Part shown: positions 24,301 through 45,175 of the stretch, one piece after another
How positions within the stretch are numbered: position 1 is the first letter of the stretch
Layout: each line of letters opens with the position of its first letter
Source: Macrostomum lignano
Lineage: Eukaryota
Assembly (NCBI GenBank): GCA_002269645.1
Contig: NIVC01002857.1
Location: forward strand, 62,001 to 126,000
Direction: 5' to 3'
DNA length: 64,000 bases
Notes under the pieces: model-generated
What the model saw: the letters and a program-made list of their open reading frames with translations, nothing else
Databases searched by the model: none
What the model was told of the DNA's origin: nothing
Position numbers and translations under genes: made by a program

Positions 24301-25542
24301 GTACCAATATCTTGAAGCTTATTGTAGACACTTTATCGGTTGTTGTACCAATATCTTGAAGCTTATTTTACAGACACCTGATCGGTTGTTGTGCCAATAT
24401 CTTGAAGCTTATTGTACAGAGACCTGATCGGTTGTTGTACTAATATCTTGAAGCTTATTGTACAGAGACCTGATCGGTTGTTGTACCAATATCTTGAAGC
24501 TTATTGTACAGAGACCTGATCGGTTGTTGTACCAATATCTTGAAGCTTATTGTACAGAGACCTGATCGGTTGTTGTACCAATATCTTGAAGCTTATTGTA
24601 AAGAGACCTGATCGGTTGTTGTACCAATATCTTGAAGCTTATTGTACAGAGACCTGATCGGTTGTTGTACCAATATCTTGAAGCTTATTGTACAGAGACC
24701 TGATCGGTTGTTGTGCCAATATCTTGAAGCTTATTGTAAAGAGACCTGATCGGTTGTTGTACCAATATCTTGAAGCTTATTGTACAGAGACCTGATCGGT
24801 TGTTGTACCAATATCTTGAAGCTTATTGTACAGACACCTGATCGGTTGTTGTGCACGCTTGGGTTGTTCTGTTCCAAAAACTGCAACATACCTAAGAAAC
24901 AGCATCCAACGCCAGCATTGGCAGCGAACTGCGCAAACGGTTCCGACAGAGCAGTGACAATGTCAAGCATATCCAAGCAGCCCGCGCTGACTGTTGGCAT
25001 CACAGCGAATAATTTTCCTAGGGCGGAAAGCCATGGCGACCGTTGGCTCATGCCACCAGCTGGGATAAATAGTATTCGCAGTTTAGATAATTTTTTGATG
25101 CCAAATTCCAGTCGAAGCTGGTTGAGACAGTGCAGCAGAGCGCCGCCATTGCCTGTAAGTTAGGAAAGCAGTTTAGGCACAACTATATGTTTAGTGATCC
25201 GAAGATGAGTTTTAATTTCACTCACCAATTTTTGGACCTGGTGGATCCGAGTAGATTCTTAACTTGTCTTTAAACTTTTGCTCGCCTAGTATTTTATAAC
25301 CCAAAGCTTGGTCAGAATCAGACGCGCAGATGGCAATAATGTCAAACGATGTTTTTCGATCTAAAATAGGTGTAAAATGAAGCCAGAAGCAGAAAAATAG
25401 ATTAGCATTGCAAGATTTCATATATGATATAAAACAGGACTGTCTACAGGCTTAACTTAAGAAAAAATGAAATTTTCAGTTTAAAAAATTTCTTACTGTT
25501 TGTTTTGTAGTTTTGCAATAGAAAATCAGGTGAAACTAACAT
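21322..25542 (-). CDS. FPGT: Fucose-1-phosphate guanylyltransferase (GDP-L-fucose pyrophosphorylase), about 578 aa
   Basis: Exons 25542-25497, 25360-25226, 25152-24892, 24157-23719, 22684-22433 and 21925-21322 join in frame. Motifs FDIIAICA, DPPGPKIGNGG, GGMSQRSP..SALGKLF, ALAHP..GHGVY, LQKPT, ELDAYGDLL, VHIGSTKEYL, SLWTARLFP. No kinase domain follows. Confidence 0.9.
21955..22355. repeat. Intronic minisatellite, ~32-bp unit (AAATCTCATAGAGATTAGATTGATTATTCCCT)
   Basis: Diverged tandem units in FPGT intron 5. Confidence 0.9.
22720..23425. repeat. Intronic minisatellite, 20-bp unit (TCAGTGGGTGCTCTGATCCT), about 35 copies
   Basis: Exact 20-bp periodicity in FPGT intron 4. Confidence 0.97.
23493..23711 (+). 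mobile_element. tRNA-derived SINE, family A, copy 2, with a 9-bp target-site duplication
   Basis: Similar to the 19962 copy; A-rich 3' end; CTCTCACCT at 23484-23492 and 23712-23720. Confidence 0.85.
24215..24850. repeat. Intronic minisatellite, 46-bp unit
   Basis: ATATCTTGAAGCTTATTGTACAGAGACCTGATCGGTTGTTGTACCA, period 46 (24489, 24535); lies in FPGT intron 3. Confidence 0.97.
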
Positions 25543-27874
25543 TTTCAATTTCTGTTAAAATCGGAATTACGAAATATGGGAGATTATTAAGGCGAAAATA
25601 AGTTTACATTCTGTAGTTCATCACGCAATTTTTTAAACCTTACGATAATTTATAAAGTGAATCGGAAAGAAATAAAACATAGGCATTTGAAAGCGGTATA
25701 CACAATACACACGCAGTGCAGGCTTAACCTGAACCAGTGAGCCAGCCTGTCAAAAAACTTAACCTAATAAGTAACTTAAAAACTCGCAAAAACGAACAAC
25801 ACTTTCTCAGAAAAACACATACTAACAATTTGTATAGTTTTTGAAATCTTCGAAAAATAAAAAAGTATATGTACTAAATCAATAATTTTATTTTTCTTTA
25901 TAGTAGATTAAAATTAAATAACATTAAGCCTATTAATGATAATCGAGTAGCAGAAATTTAAGCATAAAGAAATTCTACGAAACGCGCACTACTTATGAGA
26001 ATTGAAAGTTTGCCGTTTGCGTTTACTAGACAATACTAGTCTTTCGTTGCCTGCCAGTTATGCAGTCACTGTCGAAGTACTTAGTCCTAATCTATGTTAA
26101 CACTTTAAGATAATAAATATATGAAAGTAGTGTTAGTTAGTTATTTATTTTTAGGATAATTTGTTTTAAATCAGTCGTTTTTATGACTTTATACATGAAA
26201 TGATTTTATGATTAGCCCGCCCCCCCCTCCCCTAGTACAAGCCAAGCTGGTCAACAGTTCAAGCCCTCAGATTTAAGAATAAGTAGAGTAACACTAACAG
26301 TTACCTGGTAACTCCAGTTTGTAAAAGTAGCAACAGTCTCAGTTTTTACTGCTTGTAGTCAGTAGTCCTAGTCTATGACTCTATTTTAGCACTGTTATCT
26401 GAATGCAAAAAATAGTTTTGATATATGAATTAATTAAATAAATCAATAAATTTTCTTTGAATGAATGAATGAATATAGTGGCAATGCTGTTAAATATTAA
26501 TTGTTACTTTATTTTTATGGCAAATGGTTGGTCATTTTACCAAGGCCTAGGAACTATATTAATTTATAAAATTGGACCTAATAATTTGAAAATTACTATT
26601 TTAACTCAATAGTAATAATCTAGTATATTTCATAATATTCAACTAGGCCTCCTTAAAGTGTTCCAACTACTTACACTTGCAGTAGTACTAAGGTAGGCCT
26701 AGGCCTATTATTAGTGTTAGACTATTGCATGGCATATTGTATGAAAATTATTTGATATAGACCTACAAAGTTTTTTATCAAATTAGACCTAGACATCACA
26801 CTTTGGATCATGTAGTATACAACCCAAAACTTGGGTGTGCATTGGCCTTGTATGCATGGCAAAAGTTGGTATACACAGTTGGCATCCAAGGTCCATTGGC
26901 ATCAATTTGTGTGCCAAAGCATGCCCAAAAGTTTACATGAATTTATATGCCAACTTTAAAAGGGGTCATTTGTACATTGGAATTTTCTGGCATATATGTA
27001 ACTTTCTTGAGTCTTGGTTGGCATGCATTACTCCTAAGAAAATAGTTTGCATACACACTTATGCACTTTATAGAATCAATGGAAAAGTTATTTTAAAATA
27101 GAAAAAAGCTGAAAAAGTTAATTTTTACATAAATTTTAAGCTTTGGGGTCTTTTAAAAGCTTGTAATAAATCAGTCAAATAAATCTTTACATGTATTGAT
27201 TTTCTTCTATAAATAATATTGCCAAAAAGCATAAAAATCAAATTAATCATATTATTTGCCAAAAAGGGTCTATTGGGTCATTCCATATAATGACGGTTGT
27301 AACATTCTTACATACAAGCTCATGAATTAGTCCCTGTAATAAGCTAAAATCGTTTATATTTAAGTCATTCTAAAAGCAAAATATGTCTGTTACACTAAAA
27401 AAATTGTTTTACTCATTTGACTAATGATAACAAAATAAATTGAAGGCTAAGTTACATGATGGTCGTAACAAGAGAAATTGAAACAGTTGAAGGATGTCTT
27501 TTGTGTTTGTGAATTTACTCAATCTACAAATCTTAGAGGCACTGTAATGAATAATAATGTGTTGAAATGTTATTACAACAAGAAAAAATAGTGCACATAA
27601 TAATTGCATAACAACTCTTTGAACTATTAAACTTGTTTTAAACCTTGCGGTCGTAACATTGCGGTCGTAACAAATTTCAAACTACCGACTTCTAATTTTT
27701 TTTTTCATTTCAGATCAACAAAGTACTATCCCTTGGCAAATTTCTACCTTTGAATAATAAATGAATAATAGAATAGCTATTTTTTGTGTTATCAACCATT
27801 TCAGACCAATATTTTCATCACTGAATAGTCAGAAGTTGTGGCAAGCATAAGAAGCATAAGTTGGAAGAATAAGT

Positions 27875-30289
27875 TCATGGAAGACCATCAAAACGGAAGT
27901 GGCCCCGCCTGTCGACAGGAGTTGGTGGGCTAATTTCCTGAATTATATCTACTTGATAATAATAAATTTCGTCCTTCTTCTTAGGCCACATGAAATGGCG
28001 GTCACCAGACTTGGCCATGACGTTGACCCGGTACTCAGTGGCACTATCATCCGACTTCCTAATTTTGGTGACTTCGCCAGGGTATTTCGACTCATTGTAG
28101 TTCACGAGCACCCATGTTCCAACTACAATTGAAATTGCAGTTCGGCTGGCCGACGTTGCTGAAGGATTTCCTTCAAGTGCATGATTCACCGGTGGCTTGG
28201 CAGTAGCCTCGGATTGAGCAGCTTCAGTAAGTGCTTGCATTGTAGAGAGAGGCGAACGGTAAGTAGCTCGGACTGATAAGCTTGCAGACCAGAAGTGATC
28301 CTTCTTGATATTGGCGATCTACAGTTATTTGTTGTAAGCTAGCTATAAATAAAACATAAACTGTTTGACTGCATAGCTGTAACAACTTAAATACAATCAG
28401 ATTCGTACCGCAGGTGCAGCCGATAGGATGTTCACAAATTCCTCGTTATATATGGCTTGGATCTCCTCCTGGGTGATATAGTGGCACTCGATTCGGCAGT
28501 CTTCAACGGCTACCAGAAATTCATGGGCGTTTCGTACAAGCAGGCGGCCTGACCTCACTTTGATCCGCGCAGCACGCTTCAAGGTGCCACCAAGGCCGTC
28601 GATAGCCCCTTTGCCGTGGCTGGTCGCGAAGAAGTTCCATGTCGCGCGTGACAGCTGGAACTTCTGGACGAGCACCGAGAGCATGCAGTGCATGTACCGG
28701 TTTTTAAACTGCGATGCCGGCCCATCACTCCAGATGTGCACTGTCATGTTGGGCACACAGATTTGCTGTAAATAAGTTAAGTATTCATGATCGTATTCGA
28801 AATGAGTATTTGGAATTATTAACTAATAAATGTTTCAATATGTTTACTTTGAACAGATGGTCCAGGAAGACCGAGACCGTCTCTCGGCCATGGTTAGTCG
28901 TGTCGCTGACGATCGCGAGCATTTTCTTCTTCGACTTCCAGTACACAGCAACAGTAAAGATCGTGACCTGTTGCTGGCACCAATATGCACTCTGTGTGGC
29001 ATTCTGACTCACACACGAGTAATTTTCTGAGACGTCGAAGTGAATTACGACCTCCGAGTTTTCTGACAAATTGTCCTTTTGTTGCCGGTGGAAATCGGCC
29101 TGTTGGCGGTTGGTGAGATGATGCACCAAAAATTTCGGCAGGTTGATCAACAGCTTCTGCATGCCATCTTGCAGCGTACTGCTGTTTTTGTTGGGCTGCA
29201 TGCGTCCAGTGTCACGGTCGACTTCCCACGACAGGTAGTTGATCTGCACTGCAGCTTGCTCACGAGTTGGCGCCGGAATGCGATGAGCGAGACCTGATGA
29301 GCAGTTCTCGCACTGTGCCAGCTTGCAAGCCTCGCTGATGGGGCTGCACAGCACGAACTTGTCGACCCAGGAGCGAGAATATTCGTCAATGCCTGGCATC
29401 CGCTTAGCGATGGCGTTGCATAAACTGGAATAAGAACGTGGTTTATAAAAAATCATTTTGTGGGTTAAGAAAAATTCTTAAATTTTGGTCATATAATTAA
29501 TTACAAAAAAGTGAATCCTACTTCTGAAAGTTGCTGTGATAAGTGCAGCAGCAAGCCTCCATCGGAGTCTTCTCCAATGTGATGACGTTAGGTGGCCGCA
29601 AATCACAGAACTTAGAGAGGGAAATTTTACGTTCTGGTGCTTCGTCCAGAAAGACGCGATGGCACTCTTTCAAATTCATAAGCAAAAATCGCTTTTGCAG
29701 CTGCTGCCTGTTGACCTTTATGAATTCCTTGACACCCGGTGACCAGCGGGAGATGTCCTCCCGATTATAGAATTGGAGGACGGCGTCCTGGGTTCCAGGG
29801 TCCAGCTTCTGCCGTGTAGCTGGAGCTGAATCCGCAATAACTAGACCGCAGTCGGCAGCTAGCTGGCGCACAACGGCTAGGCGCCTATCGGGAGTGTTCG
29901 GCAGAGCGTCCTTGCACCTGCAATGAATTTAAAATATGATTTTCTAATGATTTTCACTATTCTTTAAACACCTTTGAACCATAATAATTGCCATTAACGA
30001 CTTACTTATTCACTGCCCGAGTGTGCGTGCGTTTGCTGCTATACGGATCGCCTTCAGCAGCCTGTACATCAGGTACAGCAGGAGCCTGTTCAGCAACAGC
30101 GGCCGCTGCTGTCTTCAGACGCTGGCGCATCTTTTTCATTCGCTCCCTTGCTTGTGCACGCTGCTTCGCAATATCTGCGCTGTCTGCGAACTGACGCCGC
30201 ACTCGACTGCGCTCTCGCTCGGAGGCTTGAAGGACATCGCCAGCTCGACGACGAAAATTCCGACAGTTTTCCGCGCTCGTTTTCACCAT
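27875..30289 (-). CDS. Sola-like DD(D/E) transposase, 5 exons, about 685 aa, reading frame intact
   Basis: Exons 30289-30006, 29917-29522, 29424-28848, 28765-28409 and 28318-27875 join in frame via 82-97-nt GT-AG introns. Motifs HFDVSENY, QSAYWCQQQVT, WSDGPASQFKN and FFATSHGKGAIDGLGG, plus a Cys cluster and a C-terminal Tudor-like segment. Confidence 0.85.
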
Positions 30290-30844
30290 AATTGTTTAAT
30301 TTAAGAGCTTGCAAGAGCTTAAAGAGCTTACTAGCTGAAGAATGTAACTTATATGACTATAGAACGAATAGTTTGCATCAAATGTTGAATCGAGAAAGGG
30401 ATTGAGCTGTGAGAATAATTATATTGACATTATATCACAGAATAATAGCATACAAACGTCTATGTTACGACCAGAAGGAGGATGTTACGACCACAACATT
30501 CTGGTCGTAACAAGCAGTTTTTAGCCTCAATGGAAAAATGTGGCAGTCTAAAAATTTCTGACAATACTGACACCATAAGGAATGAGTTTTTTAAGTGTAC
30601 CCTGCACCCTATAATAACTTCCACTTCAATGAGTAGAACTGAATGCATTTTAAACATTCTGGTCGTAACATTCATACAGCTGACTAACTTTTATACAAAA
30701 TACATGTTTCTATACAAATTGGATATGGCTGTTATGTTATGGATATTCGGCAGGTCATCCGGGATATTCGGTCCTAAAGCCCTTAGCCGAAGATCCATGT
30801 CAAGGATATTCAGTTGCCGAATAACCACAGTATGGTTATTCGGT

Positions 30845-30980
30845 TTCAAGTTTGAGCTATGGTTATTCTGCTTCAAGTTTGAGCTATGGTTATTCTGCTT
30901 CAAGTTTGAGCTATGGTTATTCTGCTTCAAGTTTGAGCTATGGTTATTCTGCTTCAAGTTTGAGCTATGGTTATGTACTA
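30845..30980. repeat. 27-bp tandem repeat (about 5 copies) inside the Sola element 5' region
   Basis: GAGCTATGGTTATTCTGCTTCAAGTTT repeated. Confidence 0.93.
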
Positions 30981-32584
30981 CATGATCTGATTATTCCACT
31001 GATCACTCCACCAATAGTTATTGTTCCATTAAATAGTAAAGATGTGGTACAATTTCTAAATTACATGTGTAAGAATTTAATCATAGTTTGAAAGCAAAAA
31101 AAGAGCAGATACCTCTTTTAAAACTAATTATCAAAATCAGAACTTATTGGCTAAATATATATAGTTTCAATAAAAGTCATTAAAAACACTAAAATAGGAA
31201 GAAAAAAATTTCAATTTTTTGTCCTAGTTATATGGAATGACCCTATTACGCAATTCAAAAAAGGTTATTTATTGTTATATAACGATGCCTTCTATAATCC
31301 CACTGTTGCCACCAAAGTTGTAGTAGGAGTGATTCCTCTTATTATAAAATATCTTGCTATTAAGCCACCAAAGTTATAACAGGGGTTTTCTTCTATTTTT
31401 ATAAATGATTCCACAGCTGTCATCAAAGTTGTTACAGGGCTAATTTGCTATGCTCTCTTACTGGTCGTTATTAATGTACTTAATGTTTGTACTTATATCT
31501 ATTGGTAACATATCTACTTCTCTATCTACCTTTGTACTGGTAGCATATAATTATCTACTGGTAGCGCATGTGTATACACTATACTTCTGGCCTAAGTTGT
31601 CTAATGACACTGTCTATTTTATTCTCACTATTTATTCTTATAGAGGTTTTCTCTTAGTCCTAGGTGTTCCTGGGATGCAGGATCAGGAGGTCATAGGTTT
31701 TATGCAATTTCTCCTGCCTAAGGTGATTATTAAAGTGGTTATTGCCCTTAGGCGATTTTCTCATTTTTAGCAAACTCAATACTCTTGAATTAGGCTCTTA
31801 CTTCTAAGGAAAATAATAAGTCTCTTAAGCACTACAATTTAATATATAAATGTTAGCTTGTTAGCTCGCAAGAAGGGAGCAAAATAGGTAGACAAGTTGC
31901 TCTTCTTGGCCCACTCTGGGCTTTTATTTATACTGCTTGAACAATATATTTAAAACAATTTTTTATAATAATTTTTGGTTTTACAACAATTTAAACAAAA
32001 AAATCTTTTGACCAGAAATTTGATTACTATATTTTTTAATAAATAATTTATAATTGTAGCAAGAATACACTGAAAGAACACTCTCAGAAGACTCTTAGAA
32101 GACTCTACAAAAGGTACACTATCTTAGCTGCCTTCCCTTAAGGAAATTTATGAAAAAAAGGAAAAAAATATAGAAAGAGTAGAAAAATTTTTTAGAGTAA
32201 ATAAAATTGCTAAATATTAAGATGTATATATCAAACAAGTATAACTAGAAAGGCAATTTATTAATAAGAAAAAAACTAGAAAAGCACTTATCCAAGTACT
32301 AAATGTACTTACAACAGACACATTTTTCAGATATATGAAAGTGGAAAATTTGTGCATAAAATCAAGGCAAATTTTTCACAGGTGCATTAAAAAGAAAAGG
32401 AAGAACATGCTGATAGTAAGATAAATGCTATAGGTGTATTACAAGTGAAAAATAATATGCTAATAGTAAGGTAAATGAACTACAGGTATACGAAGACACA
32501 CTAGTAATATGGCCAATTCTACAAATACATGTATTGTCAATTAGTAAAGCACAAAAATGTCAGCATACAAACCATTCTTCGGCG

Positions 32585-32732
32585 CAACCTAGGGATTCAC
32601 CCAGCCGTTTTTATTGGCAACACACACGTAAGTTGCTTTTGGATGGAATAGTAGTCACGTGACTGCTCTCAGCCAATAGCGACTTACATGTGTGTGTTGC
32701 CAATAGAAACAGCCAGGTGATTCCCAAGGTTG
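32585..32732. mobile_element. Small hairpin/MITE-like inverted repeat
   Basis: ~48-bp imperfect arms (CAACCTAGGGATTCACC...CACACACGTAAGT and its complement) around a central AGTCACGTGACT palindrome. Confidence 0.55.
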
Positions 32733-32866
32733 TACATGTATGATACAAACTTGTCCATTCATAATCAGAAGTTGCAGTTATGTGGAAGGTCCCGAAATTC
32801 AGGCCAACCTAGTTGGGTAAACACCCAGCGCACCTCAATATTGACGAGTTGGCGCTGAATTGGCTG

Positions 32867-33970
32867 TCAGCTGGCGTCAATGTCGTCTCTGAACTGGTGG
32901 ATTGCGTTTGCGTACTGCAGCATGACGATGGCCTCCTCTCTCGACAGTCGTGTTCGCAGGTGCTGCAGGCTCGACCAGAGGTAGGCGCGCTGCGGCAAAG
33001 CTCGGTCCAGATGGAGGTGGGCGATCGTTTCCAAGTACACCCGGATGCCGTGTACCACTCTCTCGAGTGGAGCGCCGTGCATGGCAATGAGATTCGGGGC
33101 TGTCTCACGATAGTATCGTCTCTGTTGTTGCTGAGGCGGTTGAGGCACACGGCTGTCCGGGTGGCGCTGGCTGGTGCGGCGATGACGGCTGACGCGACAG
33201 CTGCTGCTCCTTTGTGGACCTGCTGAAGAAGCTGTTTTTAGGTTTTGAACCAGCGAGTATATAACAGTTACTTGCAATAGCCGATGGATCTCGAAAATCC
33301 TATCAATATTTGTGACAGTCTCACCGATGACTTCTCCAACCTTTTTCACCTGTGTCGTGTGCTGAAGACTTGAAAGGCTTTAAAAATCATTGGAGCCCTT
33401 GATTTAATAGGTGAGAAGGGGATATAACAGTAGAAATACGAGCTAAATGAATGTTGTCAGTTTTAAAGCTTTTGTTTAGAGAACTTTAAAGTCCCTAGGG
33501 TTGGGAACTCAAGCAATAGAGATTTTTTATTCCATATGCACATTGTGTGGATGCAGTGGTGGGGGCTACAGCTAAGATGAATACAGTCCTAGCATTCTTT
33601 TGTACAATAAATAAATGGGACCTGTTAATGAGTAATACCGGTAGATTAAACTATTATTGTTACTCTTTCATCATTATACTATTGACTGATAAAAGAACTA
33701 TTGACATCAAATTAACATCATTAAACGTTATGGGAAGCTACCGGAAATTAGTTTGATACAGGCGGATGCATAAAATTTTTATTGCGGCAGAACTGACAAC
33801 TCTGATTCTTGCAAAGATGTCCACCAGCTCAATGATGGACACATTGAGCTCCGATGAGTAGATGGCAGCAGTGCCACCTTCCACTTTACAAATGGCAAGC
33901 GCCACTCGCTGATGATTTCCAACGTCTAAGTGCTGGGCAAGAATGAAATCAAGTGTACGATAAAGATATG
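32867..33970 (-). CDS. 3' exons of an unidentified protein-coding gene
   Basis: GC3-rich open frame 33349-32867 with acceptor ACACAG| (VKKVGEVIG...YYRETAPNLIAMHG...HQFRDDIDAS*), and an upstream coding-like block at ~33970-33815 (TLDFILAQHLDVGNHQRVALAICKVEGG...). Splice pattern ambiguous; family not recognised. Confidence 0.55.
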
Positions 33971-35890
33971 TTCTATTCAGGCAAATTTGATTCAATGAAC
34001 AGCTGTCTTAGATTAACAAATATGGACTAGAGCATCAAACAGCAGCTCAAATACCTGATACTGAGCAGTGTGAATAGACGATCCGCTGGCATCAAAAATA
34101 CCTTGTCAAGGGTTGCTGCCTTGGGATCGCTTCAAGAGACGTGATCAGTCCTTCCCTACGATTGTCCTAGGGTCTCAAGACCCACAAGCTCAAGCCAGGT
34201 TTAAAACCAATAGACAATCAGAGGGCAGACAAGGGTACAGGCAGCTTGGGGCGGGTCAACCAATCACAGCAGAATAATTGGAGGGTTGGGGCTGGTGCGG
34301 AAGCAGCTTAGGGCGGCAGAGAAAATGGGGTGGGGCACAAATAAGTTAGCAGCTTAGGGAGCGCAGAGAAAGGTCCGCCGGGCAGACTTGACTAAGAGCT
34401 AGAGATTACTCATCAGTGCAATTAAGTGCACCCGGGCACAACACCGGCAATCAAAGCTGCAGCATGTTGAAGCATCCAATTGTGCCGAATACTATGCGAA
34501 TGCTGGTTGGCACATGCATCGGTAGGATGTGGCACTGAAGGATAAGCTGCATGCAGACTTGAAGCACCTTCGTGGTGAACTAAGTCTCCAGACGCGCGAG
34601 GCTCCATTGTCTGGATCTGGGCATCATCCAACTTGCCTGGCAATGAGGCAACTGACTACTCAGACTGCAGCTGCAGCTGGAGTTGCCCTAGCCTGCATTT
34701 CAAATCAAACCACCGTTTGCACTACTTCTTGTTCTTGTTATTTGCCGGATTTAGCCTGCCTTCTGCACTGGAATTGTCACCAGAAAGGAATTGCAAATGT
34801 GATCTAACACGATACAGTTTCTGGTTAAGCGCCCTGAGCTTGAGATGATTTGAGATCTTTCGCTAAAGCTGCGCAATCACAGCATCATGAGCTGCAAGTT
34901 GCTTGTGAAGTTCTTGTGAACCTCTACAGCTTTGTCCTTGAAAGCCTCATCAGCACCACACAGCTCCTATGAGAAACGTTGCAGACGCTGCAAACGTCAG
35001 CAGGCCTTGGCTCAAAGCTAGAGCCAAAATTCGCGATAACCAACTACTCTTCCCTGAGCAGCTTCTCAAGCACAGTTACGGTAGTCAAAGGCTTCATATT
35101 CCTCATCCTTGGGGTAAGCGATGGAGGTATTGAATGCAGGTCTTTAGTCGAGTAACCTTTCCAGCCAAGGTCTTCTGATCTTCTCGACTGAGAGTGCCAG
35201 CTATTTTATGACAGCGCATCCAATGCCTGCTTGCTTGTTAGCATGACTCTGAGTCTACACAATTAGTCACCTCTGACTAGCTATAAGCAGAGCAGTTGAA
35301 AGAGGGAGCTTTCGGATGTGTGTAAATGTGACATCGATGTAATAATAGAAAAATTAATCTAAATAAAAAATCATATGTAATCAATATAACAAAATGACGG
35401 TTTAATACTAGCATTATATATCACCTACTATGTAACTAAAATGTTTAGTACTTGTACAAACTAAGACTAGATATAACAAAGAGAAAGTATCATATAATAT
35501 TTATTCGAAGTTTTAAATGTTCATAAAGCTTAGTGTAGTTGATAAACGTCTTACCTTATTGTCAGTAAATCTGATACAGAATATTACGACCAAATAGTGC
35601 AGTTTCTGTAGAACAAGTAACATTAATGTCTTATTTTTCAAAAAGAGAAAGCAAGGACAACATTTATTAAATCACATAAATTGGCTCAGCCATTGAAAAG
35701 GTATAAGAAAATAAATTTAAAAACGACACCAATAGATCACAGTTACTATGGCAAAATTTCATTACATTAACAAGTCACAATAGAAATGTCTTTGCAGTTT
35801 AAATTGTCTTTTTTTGTCCATGACGCTTTAATGAGTATCTTGCATTTGACGCACATTGAATTTCAGCTTTTATTTGACAACTGCCTTTCA

Positions 35891-45175
<9,285 letters not shown>

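Larger units (their letters stand above)
27275..31243 (-). mobile_element. Sola-superfamily (probably Sola2) DNA transposon, apparently full length
   Basis: Perfect 16-bp TIRs GGGTCATTCCATATAA; 4-bp TSD TATT (27271-27274 and 31244-31247); repeated subterminal GGTCGTAAC motifs; internal spliced transposase. Confidence 0.85.

Noticed and set aside
22720-24850. Regular arrays superficially like CRISPR
   Set aside because: The units are head-to-tail with no unique spacers, lie in spliceosomal introns of a eukaryotic gene, and no cas genes are present. The same applies to all other arrays in the window.
31250-32560. Very AT-rich, stop-rich tracts (also 25600-27270 and 53300-54900) suggesting C-to-T hypermutated TE remnants
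   Set aside because: No ancestral element could be identified by eye, so directional mutation cannot be shown without alignment to family copies.
34080-35300. Decayed coding-like or LTR-like segment between the unknown gene and Sec24
   Set aside because: Minus-strand frames are interrupted by many stops, and no gag/pol motif, LTR pair or PBS could be identified.
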